Shown here: positions 8,864 through 16,654 of the stretch, piece after piece | Numbering within the stretch: position 1 is the stretch's first letter | Layout: every line of letters begins with the position of its first letter | Origin: Candidatus Hermodarchaeota archaeon | GTDB lineage: Archaea; Asgardarchaeota; Lokiarchaeia; Sigyniarchaeales; SOKP01 | DNA: 20,041 nt | Assembly (NCBI GenBank): GCA_048885925.1 | Contig: JBHLLG010000053.1 | Location: 1-20,041 of the forward strand | Direction of reading: 5' to 3' | Made by a program: the position numbers and the translations under genes | The notes under the pieces: generated by a model | What the model was told of the DNA's origin: nothing | Database searches by the model: none | Seen by the model: the letters and a program-made list of their open reading frames with translations, nothing else

Positions 8864-8974
8864 ATTGAATCACCAAAAAATCATTTCTTTTTTAAATTTT
8901 AATTATTAAATATTCAAATTCATTATAAAAGGTTTTTTAGATAAATAAATTAATAATTCATAAAAAATGTATTT

Positions 8975-8988
8975 TGAATAATTATTCA
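8975..8988. promoter_or_regulatory. Palindromic operator TGAATAATTATTCA (site 4)
   Basis: Perfect palindrome (16 bp with flanks), between the divergent DUF134 and NifX genes, 5 nt before TTTAAAT (8994-9000). Confidence 0.78.
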
Positions 8989-9035
8989 ATACATTTAAAT
9001 TTTATAGAATCTTATGATGTCTAGGTGAATAAAAA

Positions 9036-9446
9036 TTGAAAGTTGCAATTAGTTCAGATTCAGGAAAAGTCTATCCTCACTTTGGTCGATCTCCAGAGTT
9101 TACATTTATTACAATTGAAAATAATAAAGTATTGGAAAAAAAAATACTTAAAAATCCTGGACATGAAGTAGGGAGTATACCTAAATTTATAAATGAACAA
9201 GGAGCAAAATGGATGATTGCAGGAGGTATGGGGCGAAGAGCAATAGAATTTTTCACACAATATGGAATTGAAGTAATTATGGGAATTACTGGTAAAATTG
9301 ATGATGTCATCAAAAAGATATTAGATGGAACTCTTGAGGGAGGAGAAAGCCTCTGTACACCTGGTGGAGGTAAAGGGTATGGAGTTGAGAAGATTCATAC
9401 AGATGCAGATGACGCTCATAAACATCATCATTTTCATGATCAATAA
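9036..9446 (+). CDS. NifB/NifX family protein with His-rich C-terminal tail
   Basis: KVAISS...PHFGRSPEF...NPGH...IAGGMGRRA motifs; tail HKHHHFHD; TTG start preceded by GGTGA. Confidence 0.9.
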   Translation: MKVAISSDSGKVYPHFGRSPEFTFITIENNKVLEKKILKNPGHEVGSIPKFINEQGAKWMIAGGMGRRAIEFFTQYGIEVIMGITGKIDDVIKKILDGTLEGGESLCTPGGGKGYGVEKIHTDADDAHKHHHFHDQ

Positions 9447-9514
9447 ATCTTATTGAACTTCAAGTTCACTCGAAAGTGATAATTAAGATACAAAAAAAAA
9501 GATTTAATAAGTTT

Positions 9515-10024
9515 TTACTTTCGAATTTGTACTTTTGGGGTAATTTTAGAAGCTCCACCGAAGTTAGTAATAACAGGACAATGGGTAAACACTTTATCCA
9601 TTAATTGGTTTATTTTTTCTTCTGGAGCATCGGCTTTTATTCTTATAACAGGTTCAAGATTATCGTAACCAGCTAACTTGTTATCATTAATACCAAAAAT
9701 TGCTCCTAAATTTATGTGTCCACGTGAGAAAACTTTCAATTCTTTAATTTTTATCTCCATTATTTTGGCCCAAAATTTAGTAACAGCAATAATACAAGCT
9801 CCGATTGAGGATAGTATCACTAGTAAAGGAGAGGGTCCTTTATTTGTTCCATCCAATCCCCCAGGGGCATCAATAAGGAGTTCAAAAGGGTCTCCTCCTG
9901 GATTACCCATAATACATTTAACTTGCATCCCTTCGGAAAGCATTTCACATTCTATATTGAAATTTTTTTCACCAGCTTTCCAGTCTTTCTTGATGGCTTC
10001 ATACGTTTCTTTAAAACTAGGCAT
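9515..10024 (-). CDS. OsmC/Ohr family protein
   Basis: GGLDGTNKGPSP...SIGAC and HCPV: the two conserved Cys of the OsmC fold. Confidence 0.88.
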   Translation of the reverse strand: MPSFKETYEAIKKDWKAGEKNFNIECEMLSEGMQVKCIMGNPGGDPFELLIDAPGGLDGTNKGPSPLLVILSSIGACIIAVTKFWAKIMEIKIKELKVFSRGHINLGAIFGINDNKLAGYDNLEPVIRIKADAPEEKINQLMDKVFTHCPVITNFGGASKITPKVQIRK

Positions 10025-10068
10025 TTAATCTCATCTAACCTAAATTTATTTTTTTATATTATTTTATT

Positions 10069-10449
10069 TTAAAGAGTGTGAGCATGATTAGAGTGATTTT
10101 CACAGCTCGGATCAACCAATGATCTTAACTTTTTCTCAATAAATAATATTATATTTTCTTTAATGCTTGTATTTACACCTTGATGTAAGTTTATATTAAC
10201 CTGTTGAAAACCCATAAATGGACGCATTCCTATGCCTGTTAGAATCATATCCGTTACATTTCTTTCTTTCATATTCATAACAGGTTCCATGCACCCTATA
10301 TGATCTTCATTCGGTAATGTAAATATCTTTTTAAATTGATTGCCATTATAAAGTTCAACTCCAATGAAGTATCTACAATGACCAAAATGAGGTGATATAT
10401 TATCTGATAATTCTGTACCATCAGAAGGAATTCCAATTATTCTATTCAT
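10069..10449 (-). CDS. NifB/NifX family protein (third paralog; ATG 10449 preferred over TTG 10473)
   Basis: IIGIPS...SPHFGHCRYF...HIGC...GIGMRP motifs; Cys/His tail SCENHSNHAH. Confidence 0.87.
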   Translation of the reverse strand: MNRIIGIPSDGTELSDNISPHFGHCRYFIGVELYNGNQFKKIFTLPNEDHIGCMEPVMNMKERNVTDMILTGIGMRPFMGFQQVNINLHQGVNTSIKENIILFIEKKLRSLVDPSCENHSNHAHTL

Positions 10450-10521
10450 TGTTCTCACTCTTATTATTTTCAAAATTTTTATATTATTTTATAAAAAATT
10501 ATTCATGATATATATATATTT

Positions 10522-10535
10522 TGAATGATCATTCA
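10522..10535. promoter_or_regulatory. Palindromic operator TGAATGATCATTCA (site 5)
   Basis: Perfect palindrome, 5 nt before CTTAAAT (10541-10547). Confidence 0.75.
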
Positions 10536-10581
10536 TAATACTTAAATTCAATATCAATATCTATAACATAATAAATAGTAA

Positions 10582-10595
10582 TGGATAATTATTCA
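10582..10595. promoter_or_regulatory. Operator TGGATAATTATTCA (site 6, one mismatch)
   Basis: 60 bp after site 5, followed by GAA as site 2 is. Confidence 0.65.
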
Positions 10596-10626
10596 GAATT
10601 ATTAATCAAATGAGAACATAGAGAAA

Positions 10627-10818
10627 ATGAAGAGTTATAAACAAATAATAAAAGATGATAATTTCAATATAAAGGATGAATATCTTGTTGATACCAAGTT
10701 ATTTAAGATGTGTTGGGGATGTGAAATTAAATATAAGAAAGGTCATATGGTTTGGAATACTTCCAAAATGCGAAGAATTTTTTTTTGCGATGATTGCTTT
10801 GCAAAATTAAAGAAATAA
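10627..10818 (+). CDS. Small hypothetical Cys4 metal-binding protein (CWGC...CDDC)
   Basis: 63-aa ORF with two CxxC pairs, its own promoter-like region and a T-rich tract downstream. Confidence 0.65.
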   Translation: MKSYKQIIKDDNFNIKDEYLVDTKLFKMCWGCEIKYKKGHMVWNTSKMRRIFFCDDCFAKLKK

Positions 10819-10921
10819 CTTTCTAATTTTTTTCCTTTATTTTTTTAAAATTAAATTGAAGTTAGAATTACCATAACATTAAAAAAGATATAATCGAAAA
10901 AGTAAGTTTAAAATCTATTTT

Positions 10922-11854
10922 CTAATGATTTTGCTTTATTAATAGTTTTAAATTTCTTTTAATAACAGGAATTATTCTATTTGCATTAGCTGGAACGAAT
11001 ATTTTGAGCTTTTTAGATAAAGAATTTATTAATTCTTCATTGGTAATTCCATCTAATATCATTTTAGTTTCCTCTTCGGAAATATCCTCTAATCTCGTTG
11101 TTATTGTAATTACATCGCGATTACCCGGACATTGTTTTTGACATCTCATACATCCAATTAATGCATTATGAGCATTTTGATTTATCCAATTTGGGATAAT
11201 ACCTGGAATTTCGTTATACACAGAAATGCATCTTCCGGCATTAATTACGAAATTCTCATCTGAGGGTGATGGGATGGCATTAGTAGGACAATTTGTTATG
11301 CAAAACGTACAATTTTTACATTTATCCATCATTTGTATATCCATCCAATGATCTTCTTCAAATTGATAATCTGTAAAAAAGGCAAATAAATTTATCATAC
11401 TACCCCATTCATCAACATAACAAATGTTATTCCTGCCATATTTTCCAAGACCGCTTCTAACTGCTAATAATTTCACGTGAAGTTTAGTTGTAAATTCAGC
11501 TTGAAATCCTGGTTCCTTTATAATATCATTCAATATTAAATTCTTAAAGTCTTCTAGTGTAGTTCCATCATCATAATAATTTGGTGGTATTATAACTTCA
11601 TGATTTTTGCCATCTAAATGAAAATTCACTAATCCTAATTTACTGTATATTGCAATAATTATTATCGATTTAGCAGTAGGAAACGTATCAGGGATTTCAA
11701 ATTTTTTTGTATCAATATAACCCCTATAGACTTCATTATCACTCAGTTTTCCTTCTCTTCGCAATTTATCAATATCTTCTTGTAGTTCCTTGAGATGATC
11801 AACAGAAATGGCACGATATTTATATTCAAAATCTATATTACTACCTCTATACAT
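10922..11854 (-). CDS. Epoxyqueuosine reductase (QueG)/reductive dehalogenase-like 2x[4Fe-4S] protein
   Basis: AVRSGLGKYGRNN, CKNCTFCITNCP, RCIS and GCMRCQKQCP motifs. Confidence 0.8.
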   Translation of the reverse strand: MYRGSNIDFEYKYRAISVDHLKELQEDIDKLRREGKLSDNEVYRGYIDTKKFEIPDTFPTAKSIIIIAIYSKLGLVNFHLDGKNHEVIIPPNYYDDGTTLEDFKNLILNDIIKEPGFQAEFTTKLHVKLLAVRSGLGKYGRNNICYVDEWGSMINLFAFFTDYQFEEDHWMDIQMMDKCKNCTFCITNCPTNAIPSPSDENFVINAGRCISVYNEIPGIIPNWINQNAHNALIGCMRCQKQCPGNRDVITITTRLEDISEEETKMILDGITNEELINSLSKKLKIFVPANANRIIPVIKRNLKLLIKQNH

Positions 11855-12083
11855 AAAAATAATCCTTTTAATTCTAAATTTCTAATTTTAAAATTTATGT
11901 ATAGTTATGATTTAAACTATTTTTAAAATTCACAAGTCTTTCTTCTTCTGTTTTAATATCTTGATTACATCGTTTGAGTTCATTACAATTTTGAAAACGT
12001 AATCTTTTTATTTAACAAGCCCAAAATATGAATAAATAAATTTTTAATTATTTTAGTAAAATTAAATAAATTCAGATGAAAAA

Positions 12084-13169
12084 ATGCCAACATTCGGACA
12101 TGTTTTTTATGGATTTTGCTTGTTAATACCTTTAATGTATTATACAAAAGACAAATTCAATTATAAAGTTGCATTTATTTTCCTTTTAAACAATCTCTAC
12201 GGTCCAGATATGTTCAATCTTTTTTTTGGTTATTTACCTTTCCATGGAATTATATCATATATTATAATTGCACTCCCCTATGCATTAGTAATGTCATATG
12301 CCTCTAGGTTTTCAATTGTGAAAGCCGATAAAGGCTTTCCTTTAAAGCTTGAAGATGGTGGAATGAGTGAGGTTAGTTGGAAAAATGCTTTTTGCTTAAT
12401 CATTGCAGGATGTTTATCTCACTTTTTTATCGATCAATTCTTTCATCCAGATTATTACATGGAATTATGGTCCAGCGCATATTTCGACATACACATTGAC
12501 CCAGATGTATTTTTTGATTTAAGTGGAGATCTTTTACATACTGTTAGCCCTTTAATGTTTATTGGAGATGTTATTGTTATTAGTACATTTATTCTTTCAA
12601 TTTACTTTCTTAGAAAGGGATATAAAGATACACTCAAACTTTTTTTAATTGCTACCGTGTTAGCAATCCTCTCAATGCTGCTTTCGCCATTGACTTATTT
12701 TGGCGAAAAAGAATATGCTGTAATGATTCAGATGGGATTATATATCTTTGCCCCTTTGTTCTTGCTCATGTATGTTGCTCGAGATATCGAGGACCATCCA
12801 GTAGAAACCCCAGATGTATCAAAGATAACTAGAAAGAAACTTTATACGATCGTTGCGGGACTATCAACATTTTTTGCGCTATTTATTACATTATATGCAT
12901 CACTTGCTGTTTTTATGCCTGATTTTGTTGCGGAATTATATGGAGATACTAGTTCTGAAGCAATAGATTCAATTCGTCTTTTTGGAACAATCTATTTCAT
13001 AATTGCTTTAATAATGCTAGTAGGTTCTATCGGTCTTTTCTTTAAAGTTGAGATATTTAGATATATTACAATTACTACATCTTTATATTTCATAATTTTT
13101 GGCTTTCCATTAGCAATTGCTTTATTCTTATGCGAAAAAGATGTAAAAGTAATGTTTAAAAGAGAATAA
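12084..13169 (+). CDS. Polytopic membrane protein, YdjM/DUF457-like putative metal-dependent hydrolase
   Basis: Many hydrophobic segments; N-terminal GH, GPD, FHG and SHFFID pattern. Confidence 0.6.
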   Translation: MPTFGHVFYGFCLLIPLMYYTKDKFNYKVAFIFLLNNLYGPDMFNLFFGYLPFHGIISYIIIALPYALVMSYASRFSIVKADKGFPLKLEDGGMSEVSWKNAFCLIIAGCLSHFFIDQFFHPDYYMELWSSAYFDIHIDPDVFFDLSGDLLHTVSPLMFIGDVIVISTFILSIYFLRKGYKDTLKLFLIATVLAILSMLLSPLTYFGEKEYAVMIQMGLYIFAPLFLLMYVARDIEDHPVETPDVSKITRKKLYTIVAGLSTFFALFITLYASLAVFMPDFVAELYGDTSSEAIDSIRLFGTIYFIIALIMLVGSIGLFFKVEIFRYITITTSLYFIIFGFPLAIALFLCEKDVKVMFKRE

Positions 13170-13230
13170 ATAATAATTATTTTTTTTCTTTTTTCTTTAA
13201 CAATATAAAAATAAGAATTTTTAGCATATT

Positions 13231-14085
13231 TTAAGTTGGAAATTTGATTTTATCCAAGACAATTTCAAAATCTTTTTCCTTTTTAATTAAAACACCTAAA
13301 AATGGAATTTCTTTTTTCAATTCTTCCATTGAAATACCGCTTTTCAATAGAACTCCTATCCAATCAAGCAATTCAGAAGTTGAAGGCATTTTTCTTAATT
13401 TCGTAATAGCTCTTAATGCATAAAAGTGCTGCAAACATTGATCTAATAGGTTTTGTTTTAAATCAGGATAATGCAATTTACATATTTGAGCCATAAATTC
13501 TTTAGATGGAAATTCGATCCAATGAAATACACACCTTCTTAAAAATGCATCAGGAAGTTCTTTTTCATTATTTGAAGTAATTATTACAATTGGTCTAGTC
13601 TTCGCTTTCACAAATTCTTTTGTTTCCTTAATATAAAATTCCATAACATCTAATTCTTGTAATAAATCATTTGGAAACTCGATATCAGCCTTGTCAATCT
13701 CATCAAGTAAGATAACTACTTGTTCATCAGAAGCAAACGCTTCTCCCAATGGTCCGAGGGTTAAATAGTCATGTATATTATTAACATCTCGATCTTCAGA
13801 ACCAAATCTGCTATCATTTAATCTTTGAACAGTATCATACATATAACAACCATCAATAGCTTCGGTTGTACTTTTAATATTCCAAATAATCAAATTTTTT
13901 CCTAAACTCTCTGCTATTGCATGAGCAAGCATTGTTTTTCCTGTTCCTGGTTCTCCTTTAACTAGTAGGGGTCTACCAAGCGCTATTGCCACATTCACAA
14001 TATTTCTAAGTTGTGGATCTGCTAGGTATTTAACTTTTTCAGTTTTTACGTCTCCTTGGAATTTATTGAAAGAAGTATTACTCAT
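13231..14085 (-). CDS. MoxR-family AAA+ ATPase (CoxD-like)
   Basis: GEPGTGKT, LLDEIDKAD and TSNNEKELPDAFLRRC motifs. Confidence 0.92.
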   Translation of the reverse strand: MSNTSFNKFQGDVKTEKVKYLADPQLRNIVNVAIALGRPLLVKGEPGTGKTMLAHAIAESLGKNLIIWNIKSTTEAIDGCYMYDTVQRLNDSRFGSEDRDVNNIHDYLTLGPLGEAFASDEQVVILLDEIDKADIEFPNDLLQELDVMEFYIKETKEFVKAKTRPIVIITSNNEKELPDAFLRRCVFHWIEFPSKEFMAQICKLHYPDLKQNLLDQCLQHFYALRAITKLRKMPSTSELLDWIGVLLKSGISMEELKKEIPFLGVLIKKEKDFEIVLDKIKFPT

Positions 14086-14255
14086 AATTATATGAAATTA
14101 ATTTAAAATTAAATAATTTTTTAATAATTTTTATTTAATATAATTGAAAAAAATCTGAAAATGAAATCACAGTTATATTTTGATTAAACTGTTGATTCTT
14201 CTTTTCTATTTACTAAAATTTAAAAATTCTCAATTAATTATCGTTTTGAGGAGCC

Positions 14256-14891
14256 ATGAATAGCACCGAAGATGCAAAATTAATAAATATGATCTGTCCC
14301 TATTGTAAAGAAAGTTTTAGAAAACAAGTAGAAATTCAAAAAAAGAGTGGTCTTTTCACAGTTTTAATAAAAAATCATTCTGATAATGGTATTTGCCCGC
14401 CTTTCATCGCTTTTATAGACAACAATGGGAAGCATAGAGGTTCACAAAAGATAGATAATGTTGAGGATGAGGAGGAACTCTCACTTAATGAGCAATTACT
14501 TGAAAATGCGCGAAATAGAATTAATGAACTTAAGGATGATATAAGATTTTATCATCTAAAAGTACCTCGAAAAGCAGGAAGAGGATTTGAACACAAAGTC
14601 GCCAGTGTTTCCGATAGAGGATTCATGAGTTCAAAATTTTACAATTTATTGATCGATTTTTTAACTGAATATGAGGAAGATAATACATTTGGAACAATTG
14701 GAGTTGATAGAAATTCTAGTTTTGAGGGAGGGATTCTAGTATATGGAAAGTATATGGGACTTATTTATATCTTATTCTGGAAAGAACAAAAGCCTCTTTT
14801 AAGTAAAACATTAGATGATTTAAAAGCAGAAGCAAACCTTACTGTAGAAAAATTAATAGAATTATACGACATCATGGATTTGTTCTTTTAA
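14256..14891 (+). CDS. Hypothetical protein with N-terminal CPYC...H...C Zn-binding-like module
   Basis: 211-aa ORF preceded by GAGGAG. I recognise no family. Confidence 0.7.
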   Translation: MNSTEDAKLINMICPYCKESFRKQVEIQKKSGLFTVLIKNHSDNGICPPFIAFIDNNGKHRGSQKIDNVEDEEELSLNEQLLENARNRINELKDDIRFYHLKVPRKAGRGFEHKVASVSDRGFMSSKFYNLLIDFLTEYEEDNTFGTIGVDRNSSFEGGILVYGKYMGLIYILFWKEQKPLLSKTLDDLKAEANLTVEKLIELYDIMDLFF

Positions 14892-15017
14892 AAGAATCTA
14901 TTTAAATCTATTTTTTAAAATCTAGAGATAAGTCTTAAATAATATTGAAAAAGTCATAACTTACTTTATACTTTAAAAAAACTTTTCTTAATAATTAAAA
15001 ATAAGGTGTAAAATATT

Positions 15018-15410
15018 ATGTCAAAAGAAAATGAGATGTTAGAAGAATTAAAAAAAATTCGAGAAGTTCTCAGTCCTCCACCACCACCTCCGCCTCCAAA
15101 AAATTTACTTCAGGAATTCAAAGAATTTATCAAGAAATATAAAGTAATGGGACTTGCCGTTGCATTCATCATGGCTCTTTACCTTGGCCGACTCGTCTCT
15201 GCCATAGTACAAGCATTTATCTCACCAATTCTCAATAATCTTTTCTTACTAATTGGTTTTTTAAAAGAATCAACAGTTAATGCAGATCCCGCATCATATC
15301 CATTATTTTTTAACGCTACTTTATTTATTAGTGAATTAATCACCTTCATAATTGTAGCGTTTGTTATCTTCCTCTTAGTAAAGGTAACCAAACGAATTGG
15401 GATTGAGTAA
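15018..15410 (+). CDS. mscL: Large-conductance mechanosensitive channel MscL family protein (atypical termini)
   Basis: LLQEFKEFI-(KKYK)VMGLAVAFIM S1/TM1 and FISELITFIIVAFVIFLLVK TM2. Confidence 0.88.
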   Translation: MSKENEMLEELKKIREVLSPPPPPPPPKNLLQEFKEFIKKYKVMGLAVAFIMALYLGRLVSAIVQAFISPILNNLFLLIGFLKESTVNADPASYPLFFNATLFISELITFIIVAFVIFLLVKVTKRIGIE

Positions 15411-15450
15411 ATAATTCTTAAAAAAATAATAAAAAAAAGTTTTTTTTATT

Positions 15451-16638
15451 TTAATCTCTTTGACTTAAAACTGTTGTAGAACAAACGCTAAACGCCCCAC
15501 CAAGATTATGACATAAACCTATCTTGGCATTAGGAACTTGTCTCCCTTCCGCGCGACTTTGTAGTTGTTTTGTTATTTCAGTTAACATTCGACAACCGGT
15601 TGATCCTATTGGATGGCCAAATGATTTTAATCCACCTGATGGATTTACTGCAGTCTCACCATCCCAATTGAAGGTTCCATTCTTTAATTCTTCAGCAGCT
15701 TTCCCACGATCACAAAATTTTAAATCCTGACAGTTAATTAACTCAGTTATCGTAAAACAATCATGTACTTCAGCAGCATCAATCTCTTTTCGAGGATCAG
15801 TAATACCAGCTTCCTTATATGCATATTCTGCTGCTTTCACGGTCGCTGGGAAACTAGTGAAATCTGCTCCAGGACCATTTGGAGGAATGTACCATGGAAA
15901 ATTGGTTCTGCATGAGATTGCATTTGCCTTAACTAGAATATAATCATTTGCATGAGCATAGCTTTCAGCTAATTCTGGTCTTGTTAATATAAGAGCCGCA
16001 GCGCCGTCACTCATAGCACAACAATCAAAGCGTCCAAGTGGATCTGCAATCATAGGTGCTTTCATAGCCTGTTCAATACTAATCCTACTTCTGAAGTGTG
16101 CTTTTGGGTGTTCTGCTCCATTATCATGATTCTTTACAGCTACTCGTGCAAGATCTTCTTTTGTCCATCCATATTCATGAAAACATCTTGTAGCAGCCAT
16201 AGAAAACATTGCTGGTGCAGATGGAGTCGGATATAAAGGATGCCCAAAAATTGTGAAACCTGGAAGTCCACTACCTCCCTCATCCATTAATTTTTCTACT
16301 CCACATGCAAGTACAATATCATAAGCTCCAGAAGCAACTGCAAATGAGGCATTTCTGAACGCATCCATTCCACTAGCACAAAAATTTTCAACTCGAGTAG
16401 CCGGTTTTCCATCTAATCGTAAAATATCTTCTGTTACTGCTCCAGAAAGTCCAGTGAAATAATAAAACATACCAACCCATGTAGCATCAATATCATCTTT
16501 TACGATACCAGCATCCTTAATTGCGCCTCTGACTGCTTCAAATAAAAGATCATATTGATTTTTATCCCATAACTCCCCATATTTCGTCATATCACAACCA
16601 ATTATAGCTACCTTATCTTTTATTCCCTTTCTTCCCAT
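15451..16638 (-). CDS. Acetyl-CoA acetyltransferase / SCP2-type thiolase
   Basis: ENFCASG (nucleophile Cys), KNH, SDGAAA, EVHDCF, NPSGGLKSFGHP and HNLGG motifs. Confidence 0.93.
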   Translation of the reverse strand: MGRKGIKDKVAIIGCDMTKYGELWDKNQYDLLFEAVRGAIKDAGIVKDDIDATWVGMFYYFTGLSGAVTEDILRLDGKPATRVENFCASGMDAFRNASFAVASGAYDIVLACGVEKLMDEGGSGLPGFTIFGHPLYPTPSAPAMFSMAATRCFHEYGWTKEDLARVAVKNHDNGAEHPKAHFRSRISIEQAMKAPMIADPLGRFDCCAMSDGAAALILTRPELAESYAHANDYILVKANAISCRTNFPWYIPPNGPGADFTSFPATVKAAEYAYKEAGITDPRKEIDAAEVHDCFTITELINCQDLKFCDRGKAAEELKNGTFNWDGETAVNPSGGLKSFGHPIGSTGCRMLTEITKQLQSRAEGRQVPNAKIGLCHNLGGAFSVCSTTVLSQRD

Positions 16639-16654
16639 TTTTTATCAACCTCCT

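Noticed and set aside
8903-8916. Degenerate operator-like matches (654-666, 8903-8916, 8947-8960, 10492-10505)
   Set aside because: Each has two or more mismatches or a gap in very AT-rich DNA and cannot be told from chance by eye. They may be weak auxiliary sites.
9060-10028. ORFs 9060-9260, 9077-9313 and 9678-10028
   Set aside because: Antisense shadows of the NifX and OsmC genes.
4598-10449. Nitrogen fixation cluster (NifU, NifB/NifX and NifH-like P-loop labels)
   Set aside because: There is no nifH/D/K/E/N or radical-SAM NifB here. These domains are common in non-diazotrophic anaerobes.
3678-10595. Repeated palindrome as a CRISPR repeat or MITE end
   Set aside because: Copies are 14-22 bp, dispersed and promoter-linked. 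There are no regular spacers, cas genes, transposase or target-site duplications.
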